NCBI GenBank assembly: GCA_051530055.1
Contig: CM121343.1
Location: forward strand, 6,666,389 to 6,730,388
Direction of reading: 5' to 3'
Source: Neoechinorhynchus agilis
Taxonomy: Eukaryota; Animalia; Acanthocephala
DNA: 64,000 nt
The translations under genes were made by a program, and so were the position numbers. Under the pieces are notes generated by a model. The model saw only the letters and a program-made list of their open reading frames with translations. It was not told where the DNA came from and did not search any database. Positions 50,101-62,824 of the stretch are shown piece by piece (position 1 is the first letter of the stretch; every line of letters begins with the position of its first letter).

Positions 50101-53100
50101 GCCAGGTTATTATAAAACGTTTTCTTGATCAAAGTGCGGAAACGGTGTTACTTTTAGTCCTCATGAACATTCGATCCGAATGATTAATTCCCTTAATGCA
50201 TTTGTTGATTTTGGAGTGGATGGCGGGATCTGAAGGAAAGTTGGTGGTTCTTGGCGTTGGAGAGTTTGCTAGGTTATTATAAAACGTTTTCTTGATCAAA
50301 GTGCGGAAACGGTGTTACTTTTAGTCCTCATGAACATTCGATCCGAATGATTAATTCCCTGAATGCATTTGTTGATTTTGGAGTGGATGGCGGGATCTGA
50401 AGGAAAGTTGGTGGTTGTTGGCGTTGGAGAGTTTGCTAGGTTATTATAAAACGTTTTCTTGATCAAAGTGCGGAAACGGTGTTACTTTCAGTCCTCATGA
50501 ACATTCGATCCGAATGATTGGTTCGATGAATGCGGTTGTTGATTTTGGAGTGGATGGCGGGATCTAGAAGGAAAGTTGGTGGTTCTTGGCATCGGAGAGT
50601 TTGCTAGGTTGGCCATAAAACGTTTTCTTGATCAAAGTGCGGAAACTGTGTTACTTTCAGTCCTCATGAACATTCGATCCGAATGATTGGTTCGATGAAT
50701 GCGGTTGTTGATTTTGGAGTGGATGGCGGGATCTGAAGAAAAGTTGGTGGTTCTTGGCGTTGGAGAATTTGCTAAGGTTATTATAAAACGTTTTTCTTGA
50801 TCAAAGTGCGGAAACAGTGTTACTTTCAGTCCTCATGAACATTCGATCCGAATGATTGGTTCGATGAATGCGGTTGTTGATTTTGGAGTGGATGGCGGGA
50901 TCTGAAGGAAAGTTGGTGGTTCCTGGCGTTGGAAAGTTTGCTAGGTTATTATAAAACGTTTTCTTGATCAAAGTGCGGAAACGGTGTTACTTTCAGTCCT
51001 CATGAACATTCGATCCGAATGATTGGTTCGATGAATGCGGTTGTTGATTTTGGAGTGGATGGCGGGATCTGAAGGAAAGTTGGTGGTTCTTCGCGTTGGA
51101 GAGTTTGCTAGGTTATTATAAAACGTTTTCTTGATCAAAGTGCGGAAACTGTGTTACTTTCAGTCCTCATGAACATTCGATCCGAATGATTGGTTCGATG
51201 AATGCGGTTGTTGATTTTGGAGTGGATGGCCGGATCTGAAGGAAGGTTGGTAGTTCTTGGCGTTGGAGAGTTTGCTAGGTTATTATAAAACGTTTTCTTG
51301 ATCAAAGTGCGGAAACGGTGTTACTTTTAGTCCTCATGAACATTCGATCCGAATGATTGGTTCGCTGAATGCGGTTGTTGATTTTGGAGTGGATGGCGGG
51401 ATCTGAAGGAAAGTTGGTGGTTCTTGGCGTTGGAGAGTTTGCCAGGTTATTATAAAACGTTTTCTTGATCAAAGCACGGAAACGGTGTTACTTTTAGTCC
51501 TCATGAACATTCGATCCGAATGATTGGTTCCCTGAATGCGGTTGTTGATTTTTGAGTGGATGGCGGGATCTGTAGCAAAGTTGGTGGTTCTTGGCGTTGG
51601 AGGGTTTGCTAGGTTATTATAAAACGTTTTCTTGATCAAAGCACGGAAACTGTGTTACTTTTAGTCCTCATGAACATTCGATCCGAATGATTAATTCCCT
51701 TAATGCATTTGTTGATTTTGGAGTGGATGGCGGGATCTGAAGGAAAGTTGGTGGTTCTTGGCGTTGGAGAGTTTGCTAGGTTATTATAAAACGTTTTCTT
51801 GACAAAAGTGCGGAAGCGGTGTTACTTTTAGTCCTCATGAACATTCGATCCGAATGATTAATTCCCTTAATGCATTTGTTGATTGTGGAGTGGATGGCGG
51901 GATCTGTGGGAAAGTTGGTGGTTCTTGGCGTTGGAAAGTTTGCCAGGTTATTATAAAACGTTTTCTTGATCAAAGTGCGGAAGCGGTGTTACTTTCAGTC
52001 CTCATGAACATTCGATCCGAATGATTGGTTCCCTGAATGCGGTTGTTGATTGTGGAGTGGATGGCGGGATCTGAAGGAAAGTTGGTGGTTCTTCGCGTTG
52101 GAGAGTTTGCTAGGTTGTTATATAACGTTTTCTTGATCAAAGTGCGGAAGCGGTGTTACTTTTAGTCCTCATGAACATTCGATCCGAATGATTAATTCCC
52201 TTAATGCATTTGTTGATTGTGGAGTGGATGGCGGGATCTGTGGGAAAGTTGGTGGTTCTTCGCGTTGGAGAGTTTGCCAAAACGTTTTCTTGATCAAAGT
52301 GCGGAAACGGTGTTACTTTTAGTCCTCATGAACATTCGATCCGAATGATTGGTTCCCTGAATGCGGTTGTTGATTTTGGAGTGGATGGCGGGATCTGAAG
52401 GAAAGTTGGTGGTTCTTGGCGTTGGAGAGTTTGCCAAAACGTTTTCTTGATCAAAGTGCGGAAACGGTGTTACTTTTAGTCCTCATGAACATTCGATCCG
52501 AATGATTAATTCCCTTAATGCATTTGTTGATTTTGGAGTGGATGGCGGGATCTGAAGGAAAGTTGGTGGTTCTTGGCGTTGGAGAGTTTGCCAAACGTTT
52601 TCTTGATCAAAGTGCGGAAAACCAAACGAGTTTGGTCCTCATGAACATTCGATCCGAATGATTAATTCCCTTAATGCATTTGTTGATTTTGGAGTGGATG
52701 GCGTTATCTGAAGGAAAGTTGGTGGTTCTCGGCGTTGGAGAGTTTGCTAGGTTATTATAAAACGTTTTCTTGATCAAAGCACGGAAACTGTGTTACTTTT
52801 AGTCCTCATGAACATTCGATCCGAATGATTGGTTGCCTGAATGCGGTTGTTGATTTTGGAGTGGATGGCCGGATCTGAAGGAAAGTTGGTAGTTCTTGGC
52901 GTTGGAGAGTTTGCTAGGTTATTATAAAACGTTTTCTTGATCAAAGTGCGGAAACGGTGTTACTTTTAGTCCTCATGAACATTCGATCCGAATGATTGGT
53001 TCCCTGAATGCGGTTGTTGATTGTAGGTGAATTGGCGGGATCTGAAGGAAAGTTGGTGGTTCTTCGCGTTGGAGAGTTTGCTACAAGGTTGTTATAAAAC

Positions 53101-53365
53101 GTTTTCTTGACCAAAGTGCGGAAACGGTGTTACTACCAAGTCCTCATGAACATTCGATCCGAATGATTGGTTCCCTGAATGCGGTTGTTGATTGTGGAGT
53201 GGATGGCGGGATCTGAAGGAAAGTTGGTGGTTCTTGGCGTTGGAGAGTTTGCCAAAACGTTTTCTTGATCAAAGTGCGGAAACGGTGTTACTTTTAGTCC
53301 TCATGAACATTCGATCCAAATGATACGTTCAATGAATGCGGTTGTTTACTTTGGAGTGGATTACG
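47120..53365. repeat. Satellite array, 167-bp unit, ~37 copies
   Basis: CATGAACATTCGATCC at 47157, 47324, 47491 and onwards; monomer variants are interspersed. Confidence 0.97.
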
Positions 53366-54023
53366 AGTCCGGAGGGGGGTTTTAATGTCCGTTCTTGTTG
53401 GAAGTTCATTTTAAGTTCTGATGTTGGAGAAAGTGGGGAAGTATTGAAAAGGGAACGTGGGCTTAGGGAAGTGCTGCTCAGTGGATTTCGACAAATAAAC
53501 CTGGAGCGATGATCAATTTCTAAGTTGACTAAAAAATAGAAATGGTTCATTGATCAACCGCTTAACTACAAAACAACAAATTAAGAGCAAATCTTGGAGA
53601 TCTGTGAGCGCTGTGCAATGTCCGATGATCGCTGTTTCGTAAAAATTGTTAGATGGTCATAACTTAAATCTTTAACTGTGAGTTTTTAATGACCGATTGA
53701 CTCCCGATGCGAAAAGGGATGAATTTAGACTTGTGGAATGGATTGGTACCATGAGTAACGCATTCTAAGAAATGTTCAATGATCAAACTTAATGCGCAAT
53801 TGTTCAATTTTAGAAAAGAAGCGAATATTCTTGTTGAAGCTGCTAAAATTTCCTTTTTTTATAAGAATCGATCTAGAAATAATTTTTCAGTCCAAAATAC
53901 ATTACGTCTGCAACCTAAGAAAGAAGTTTGTCTCAGCTCTGCGCCATATATCCGGTCTTTTTGTGTTAGAAATTATCCGGTTGATCAAGAACTTTTCAAA
54001 TCTAAGACTTTTTTAATATCGAA

Positions 54024-57000
54024 ATGTTGATGATGACATCATCTGATATAATCAATCTATGCAGATCGATTTTTCCCGATCTCAATGATTGGACGGTCAA
54101 GGTGTTAGATTCGAATAAGAAATCGAATGACCGCTTTTTGTTTAGAGCTTTACCGAAGGATCAACCAATAACCTATTCGGTGCTTTCTCAAAGGATAATA
54201 AACAAATAATCGTGATCAGATTCTTCGGTCACAGTACTCATCTTTTTATCGATAGAGATAGTGAAATACACTATTTGAAGGAATTAAACCGTCTTTCATT
54301 GGCTCCACGGATATACAAAAGGTTTCCAAACGCTCTGGTATATGGATTTATACCCGGTCGAACATTGGATCCACTCGATTTAAGTGATCCTAAAATAGGA
54401 AGGTAAATTTTATTCGATCAGATTAAATATTAGTATTTTTTGAATTTTAGAGCTATTGCGAAAATGCTGGCTGTTCTTCATCAAGCTAAAGTTAATCCGT
54501 ATAACTGCAACACTGATCCTGTATTGATTAGTGGAATCGATCGATTTATCAATGTGTTGACGTACACCCTCTCTTGCAAACGACATTCCAAGTGAGTGAG
54601 AGGCACTTTCATTACTCACAATGCAAAACATGTCTAAGCGAATCCGCTTGATCTTTAATTAACTTTTTTTTGGGTTTAAAAAGTAACGATTTATTCGGCA
54701 AAAACATATATAATACTCTTTTTTCGTTTGCGTTATGAACCGCGACTTCTTTTTTTTTTGAATTTTTTGGAATTTCAAAAAAATCTATGTGCCTAGTTTT
54801 AGATTTTACTGGAATAACAACATAGATTTCGTGACTGTTCATTTCGAAATAATCAAAACAAATTGCTCTTAGATCGAATTTGGCATTCTAGGTCTTTAAA
54901 ACTGTCATGAATCCAAGTTGATTTGTTAGCATTTTGTCTTAGGCTTAAATTAAGGAAATGATACATTTGCACTCTAAATAATGAGTGAAATGCTTCCTTT
55001 GCTATCGATTTTTATCTGCTTTGCTTGTTTCCCTCCAGTCATAAACGCATTTTCTTAAAGTGCTCTTTATTTTCTCTGTATAACGTGAAAAGTGTCAGAC
55101 GCAAATGATTTTTGTTCCCACAATTTTCTAAATTGTTTTAAAAACTTATTTACAAATCAAGCACGAATTTCATTAAAACTTTCTGAAGCATAAACTCATC
55201 ATCTTCAATTTTTCGTTGAAGTAATGCGTCTCACATGGGCAATCAATACAATATTTAAGAAGTGCCCTCCATCTTTTTTGGCCTTATTATTAAAGAGGAA
55301 ATCAATCTTATCTTAATCCAACGATTTACCACTCTTAAAATGTTTTACCATGAATAGATAAATGAATTTATTGAACACACAAATAACAAATTTTAGGAAA
55401 TGGAGATTTTCCCAAATCGTGAATTTATATGAAAGGGGAGAAGGAACTCGTAGATTTAATTCCAAACACCTGTTGCTCTTCATAAATAAGAGCACTTTGT
55501 GATTGATATGCCCCTTGTGCTGGCGAAAATACTCAAATATGATCATTATGAACGTTTTCTAACTTACCGTGATCTAAACAATTTCTTTATCTGAACGATT
55601 TATTTTTGGCTGTGATTTGTAACTTCATGCATACCAAGATCTCAATTTCAAACAAAGAAATTTTTAAGCTTTGTCATATTTTATCAAATTAATCATGTAA
55701 TTGTAAAGCTTATATCAATTCCTTTGAAGCCTTTGTATTTTTGAGACCTGTGGTAAACATAATCACGGGCATGGTTAGAATTTTTTATTTAAATTTAAGT
55801 TATTGCAATGTTCTCTACAGGTCTAATTCTATCATCCTGAGTGATTTTCTATCGATGATTTGAATTTTTTATTTAAATTTAAGTTACATCAATTTTCATC
55901 ACAGGTCTAATTCTATCATCCTGAATAATTTTCTATCGATGATTAGAATTATTGATTTAAATTTAAGTTATATCAATTTTCACCACAGGTTTAATTCTAT
56001 CATCCCTACTGATTTTCTATCGATGATTTGAATTTTTTATTAAAATTTAAGTTATATCAATTTTCACCACAGGTTTAATTCTATTATCCCTACTGATTTT
56101 CTATCGATGATTTGAATTTTTTATTTAAATTTAAGTTACATCAATTTTAACCACAGGTCTAATTCTATCATCCCTACTGATTTTCTATCGATGATTTGAA
56201 TTTTTTATTTAAATTTTAGTTACATCAATTTTCACCACGGGTCTAATTCTATCATCCTGAGTGATTTTCTATCGATGATTAGAATTTTTGATTTAAATTT
56301 AAGTTACATCAATTTTAACCACAGGTCTAATTCTATCATCCTGAATAATTTTCTATCGATGATTAGAATTATTGATTTAAATTTAAGTTACATCAATTTT
56401 AACCACAGGTCTAATTCTATCATCCCACTGATTTTCTATCTATGAATGGATTTTTTTATTTAAATTTAAGTTATATCAATTTTCACCACAGGTTTAATTC
56501 TATCATCCCTACTGATTTTCTATCTATGAATGGAATTTTTTATTTAAATTTAAGTTATATCAATTTTACCACAGGTTTAATTCTATCATCCCTACTGATT
56601 TTCTATCGATGATTTGAATTTTTTATTTAAATTTAAGTTACATCAATTTTCACCACAGGTCTAATTCTATCATCCTGAATAATTTTCTATCGATGATTAG
56701 AATTATTGATTTAAATTTAAGTTACATCAATTTTAACCACAGGTCTAATTCTATCATCCCTACTGATTTTCTATCGATGATTAGAATTTTTTATTTAAAT
56801 TTAAGTTATATCAATTTTCACCACAGGTCTAATTCTATCATCCCTACTGATTTTCTATCTATGAATGGATTTTTTTATTTAAATTTAAGTTATATCAATT
56901 TTCACCACAGGTTTAATTCTATCATCCCTACTGATTTTCTATCTATGATTAGAATTTTTGATTTAAATTTAAGTTATATCAATTTTCACCACAGGTTTAA

Positions 57001-60000
57001 TTCTATCATCCCTACTGATTTTCTATCTATGAATGGAATTTTTTATTTAAATTTAAGTTACATCAATTTTCACCACAGTCTAATTCTATCATCCTGAATA
57101 ATTTTCTATCGATGATTAGAATTATTGATTTAAATTTAAGTTACATCAATTTTAACCACAGGTCTAATTCTATCATCCCTACTGATTTTCTATCGATGAT
57201 TAGAATTTTTTATTTAAATTTAAGTTATATCAATTTTCACTACAGGTCTAATTCTATCATCCTGAGTGATTTTCTATCGATGATTTGAATTTTTTATTTA
57301 AATTTAAGTTACATCAATTTTAACCACAGGTCTAATTCTATCATCCCGAATGATTTTCTATCTGTGATTAGAATTTTTGATTTAAATTTAAGTTATATCA
57401 ATTTTCACCACAGGTTTAATTCTATCATCCTGAGTAATTTTCTATCTATTAATAGAATTTTTTATTTAAATTTAAGTTATATCAATTTTCACCACAGGTT
57501 TAATTTTATCATCCCTACTGATTTTCTATCTATGAATGGAATTTTTTATTTAAATTTTAGTTATATCAATTTTCACCACAGGTTTAATTCTATCATCCCT
57601 ACTGTTTTTCTATCTATGAATAGAATTTTTTTATTTAAATTTAAGTTATATCAATTTTCACCAATGGTTTAATTCTATCATCCCTACTGATTTTCTATCT
57701 ATGAATAGAATTTTTTTATTTAAATTTTAGTTATCAATTTTCACCACAGGTTTAATTCTATCATCCTGAGTAATTTTCTATCTATGATTAGAATTTTTGA
57801 TTTAAATTTTAGTTATATCAATTTTCACCACAGGTTTAATTTTATCATCCCTACTGATTTTCTATCTATGAATGGAATTTTTTATTTAAATTTTAGTTAT
57901 ATCAATTTTCACCACAGGTTTAATTCTATCATCTCTATTGATTTTCATCAATTTTCACCACGGGTTTAATTCTATCATCCCTACTGATTTTCTATCGATG
58001 ATTAGAATTTTTGATTTAAATTTAAGTTATATCAATTTTCACCACAGGTTTAATTCTATCATCCTGAGTAATTTTCTATCGATGATTAGAATTTTTGATT
58101 TAAATTTAAGTTACATCAATTTTAACCACAGGTCTAATTCTATCATCCCTACTGATTTTCTATCTATGAATGGATTTTTTTATTTAAATTTAAGTTATAT
58201 CAATTTTCACCACAGGTTTAATTCTATCATCCCTACTGATTTTCTATCTATGAATGGAATTTTTTATTTAAATTTTAGTTATATCAATTTTCACCACAGG
58301 TTTAATTCTATCATCTCTACTGATTTTCTATTGATGATTTGAATTTTTTATTTAAATTTTAGTTATATCAATGTTCACCACAGGTTTAATTCTATCATTC
58401 CTACTGATTTTCTATCTATGAGGTACTTGGTCGCTTTTTTCTGAGTTGTAATTTTTTCTATCGTGTCCTTAAAGTTGGTTTCTTTGCGTACATTAACGTA
58501 CTACTAAAAATCGATGCAATGATTTATTTCCTTATTCTTCAGCTCGTCTAGTTTCTACTCTTGATAATTACAAATCCGGAAAAAACTGCAATCGAACAAG
58601 GTTTTTCTAAATAGCATTCGCGATGCTTTTACTTTTTTTAGACAAGAAATGTCGACATTTATTTTTACGTTCGATAGATCTCTTCGATTGACTTTGGATT
58701 CAATCTTATACAGTAGCGTCAATGATCCATTCCATAGAGCTGAAGATGGTTAATTTAACCGCTTAGAATAGAATGTATACTTTTTAAGTATCTCTTAATA
58801 TAATTGAGCGAAATATAACTTATTTCACCACAGTAAATTTTTCTAGGATGGTAATGGCATTAGTACTGTATAATTTGTCTTGCCGTCTAGCTAATGCATC
58901 GATTGCATGCAAACAGGGACCAGAAAACGTGCCAGAAGATGCAGAAAGCTCCGTTCTGGAACCGTACACCTTAATATTATATTCGTTTTTCGGCTATCGA
59001 GTATGCTTGCAATGGATTTTGTGCTTGAAGTTAAAACTTCTTTAATTGCAGACTACAGTTAGTAGAAACAAAAATATTAGAGAGCGTCTCTTACTCCGTA
59101 ATGCTCGGGAAACCGGATCAGGTCTTATGGATTTCCTTTTCTATGGCGTGTGTGCGCCCCATTTCCTTGCGGATTACTCGCTTCGCTTAACGATTTGTAA
59201 TCGCAAAATGCTTTAAAGTTCCTCCTCTCCAAGCTGCTTTCATCGACTCACTCTTTGAATAGCAATTCAAGCGAAATCTTTGTTAAGATTTTTTTTATAA
59301 TATCGATTAGTTGGTTACTAAGATTGAACATTACGATGGAGTTCGCCCAAGAAATCTAACACCTTATTGTAGAGGTTTGAAATTAGCCTCGACTTTAAAA
59401 TGATAAATTATGAGTAAATAGCCTAGCTTATGGTGTCGGACGGGGAATAGTAATAGGGCTCAAACTATTTCTAATGGTTTTATATTTATTTACACTTTAT
59501 TTGTTAAACGAAATGCGGGATATTAAATTCTGATTTTTTTCTCCGTTTAGAGAATGTAAGTATGAAACGTTGTGATATTAGGCATCGATACGCTACAGAC
59601 GAAGCTCATAATTTTAAGAGATAGTCAAAATTTATCTCTATGGAGGTTAAGAGATACTACTGAGAACACAGAAATTAAGTATAGTATGCGATTTTACTTG
59701 GCTTTAGTGAATTTTATGGATTTTCTTGGTTGAGTACATGGTGTTGAGTTTTTCTTATGTCCATAAGAGTAAATGGATGTCCCTTGAGTAGGCGTAAATG
59801 GAGATGGTGACAAATGCTTTACTCATCATCTTCGTACACTTTATATCCCTTAGGCGCATCTTTTTTCTTTACTTTTATTGTACCTTTTTGCATACTTTTT
59901 TTGTTTTGATCTCGATAAATTGACTTGAACGACAAAAAACCCCTAGAAAAAACAAAATTGTACAAATTTCCCTTTTTTACTTTGTAGCCTAAGTCGCCCG

Positions 60001-61174
60001 GATCGTCGACATGAACATAAGCTCTCAATTGAATTTCTAACAGACTTGATTGGACCTAATTTATTTGTGCCACGCACGATATTATTTTGGGTGTTGTTTG
60101 TTCAATATTCGATATTGAGATTAAAGTGTGTCTCTTCATTAGGGGGGTCGTCTGCAAACTACTAAAAATTCAGCGATCCCAAATGTTTTTCTCATGCGCA
60201 AAAATGCTGTCTCATGCTCTTCGCAGCGTTTCTTGCTTCCACAGCCGCCGAATAGCTCCGCAAACCACCAGTTCTCCAAGACTGCAGACAAACAGTGAGT
60301 GGTGGCACCACCAGCAAAAGAGAGCGGGAAAGGGTTTTCGCCAACATCGCTAGAATGCACAAGAATACTCGCTCGCTACTTTGCGCCGTGATAAGTGTGT
60401 ATGTGTATACATGTTCGTGGTGTCACACTCCACAATTCTCATGTTGGATGTATAGTTCCGCTCCTCTGCTCACAAATACACTTATTTAGACGTATCCATG
60501 ATTTCGCCGAAGGTCTTTGTAGCCATGGACGCTCCGTACTTGAAGTTCTCCGGAAAAGACCTTCAACTGAGACAGTCTTCTGTCATAATGATCTTTTGGC
60601 CAAAAATATTATCCTACCGCCAAACTGTTCGACTAATCAAAACAACCACGAACACTTTAATGTCCATTTCATCGACTATGAGTACTCGGGCTATAATTTC
60701 GCTGCTTACGATATCGCAAATCATTTGAACGAATATGCAGGTGCGGTGTGATGGTGCTCCAAAGATGATAAATTGATCTTATTTTATGCCTATAAAGGAA
60801 TGGATGATGCGAATTTCGATTTGATCCCAACTGGCCAGGCCATTGTCGATTGGTGCCGCAATTACTCCGAATTTGAACCTCGGGTCAAATCCGTTGATAA
60901 TCTCGTAAATGATGTTAAATTGTTTATGCCCGTAGGGTTCAGAGTATTGAATTTTGAGCACACCTGAACACTTTAATTTGAATAGATATCACACTTATTC
61001 TGGTCAATCTGGTCGCTGCTTCAACATTTTAATTCATCTAAAGGATTTGACTTCCTCAGGTTGGTATTGTTAAAAACCAAAAAAAAGGACCATCAATCAT
61101 GAACGCATCCTTTTCTTAGTTACGCAATGGCACGCTATGAGTTGTTCAGAACTCAATGGAAAATGGGAAACTGA
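54024..61174 (+). CDS. ETNK: Ethanolamine kinase; exons 54024-54101, 54146-54402, 54451-54591, 60490-60740, 60798-60931, 60986-61059, 61120-61174
   Basis: FTEGSTNNLFG, VIRFFG..T..FIDRDSE, VFCHNDLLAKNII (Brenner motif), FIDYEYSGYN..AYDIANHLNEYAG, SHLFWSIWSL, DFLSYAMARY; all introns are GT..AG and phase-consistent. Confidence 0.92.
55775..58420. repeat. Tandem array, 84-bp unit, ~31 copies, inside ETNK intron 3
   Basis: ACAGGT at 55817, 55901, 55985 and onwards. Confidence 0.97.
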
Positions 61175-61337
61175 TGATAATATATTGTTTTTTCTTCTAT
61201 AAAATCAAAATAAACAGATGATTATTGATTTTTTGAGGTTTTTGAACGGTTTATCATCGGAAACATGCGCATACATTGTAGATTCGTCATCCTGTTGAGG
61301 ATTCAAAGTGTCGTCAATAAAACCTTCATTATTTCAT

Positions 61338-62824
61338 ATGCTATTGAGTTGCATAGGATCACGGAACTATGATCGGAAGCTTAAAAGTGATAATGAAACG
61401 ATTTTGGACGAGAAACAGAATGAAGAAAAGCAAAGTGTTTTACTGAAGGGAAGTAGCAAAATAAAACGGAATGCAAAGGATGTGGATGGTTCAATCAACC
61501 GTCGCATGCGTCAATGTAAGAAAGATTACGAGCACACTTATCGACTGCTATTGTTGGGTAGCGGTGAAAGTGGCAAATCAACAATTGTAAAGCAAATGCA
61601 AATCTTGCACAAACAAGGCTTTAGCGACGATGAACGTAGGCGGAAACTAGCTGACATCCATCGCAATGTTCTCGATGCAATGAATTCTATCTTGAAAGCA
61701 ATGGACGAGCAAGTAAATGATGTTGAACTCCAAGACGAGGAGAAAAACCGACCATTAGTCGATTATGTCCTTAGAGCAAGCCAGGACATAAACTTCGAAT
61801 ACACATCCGAATTTTTTCGAAATATTAAACAGCTATGGGCTGACGGCGGCGTCCAGGCTACGTTCAAACGATCTAGCGAGTATCAGTTAATCGATTGCGC
61901 AAAGTATTTTCTAGACAAAGTCGATCAATTGGCGATGCCTGATTATTTACCTGATGACCAAGATATTCTTAGATGTCGAACGCAAACTCAAGGTATCCAT
62001 CAAGTCAAATTCGTTGTCGATAAAGTCAATTTTCACATGTTTGACGTCGGTGGACAACGATATGAGCGACGAAGATGGTGCCAATGCTTTCACGGAATCA
62101 CTGCTATATTATTCGTGAGTGCAATGAGCGACTATAATTTAAGTTTAGCGGAAGATAACAAACAAAATAGACTAAGAGAGTCTTTGAAATTATTCGATGA
62201 GGTTTGGAAGAATAGGTTTCTTCAAGGAGTCTCAGTGATCTTATTCTTGAACAAACAAGACGTACTTGATGAAAAAATCAGTTCAGGAAATGCACCACTT
62301 GAAGAATACTTCCCCGAATATTCCCACTATATTGCAGGGGTTCTCTTGTGAGGTTAAAAATGGAGAGTCTCTACTTTAAATCAAGGCCCGGTGCAAAAGA
62401 CCGCTTTGATAATGACACTGCCGAAACAATAAGAGCCAAATTATTCATCAGGGAGATGTTTTTGGCAGCGAAATTTCAACCGCCAGGTATTGCTCCAAGC
62501 GGAACAAGTGGAAGTTGTGATCAACATCGCAGTTCCGGGCATCTGAGTACAGGAGGACCGAATACTGAACGTAGAAGATCCAGACAATGTTCGACACCCA
62601 CCGATACAAATCACAATTCACGAAAACGTGTATCCCAAATCACAATACCGGGGGCAGGGAGTTCTCATGCTCATGTAAGACCATCCATTTCATCCACCAA
62701 TCCAATAAGGCAATGTTATGCTCATTTCACATGTGCAGTCGATACGCAGAATATCCAAAGGATATTTAACGACGTCAAAAATACTATCCAGATAATAAAT
62801 CTTAAGAACTATGAACTCATTTGA
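61338..62824 (+). CDS. GNAS: G-protein alpha subunit, Gs-like; probable 38-nt intron 62348-62385
   Basis: MLLSCIG N-terminus, [88 protein letters not shown] splicing restores frame; a frameshift or assembly error is the alternative. Confidence 0.88.

Noticed and set aside
49935-51973. 65-aa minus-strand ORFs in the 167-bp satellite
   Set aside because: The unit is not a multiple of 3; the ORFs are incidental to point variants.
56693-58342. ORFs of 102-134 aa made of 28-aa repeats
   Set aside because: They arise because the 84-bp satellite unit is a multiple of 3; frames break at indels and the array lies in an ETNK intron.
59819-60360. Nested gene or RLE retroelement in ETNK intron 3
   Set aside because: The ORFs are short and only vaguely motif-like; no family could be supported.
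62349-62351. TGA in the G-alpha ORF as selenocysteine or readthrough
   Set aside because: The downstream coding part is in a different frame, so readthrough cannot join them; a 38-nt intron does.
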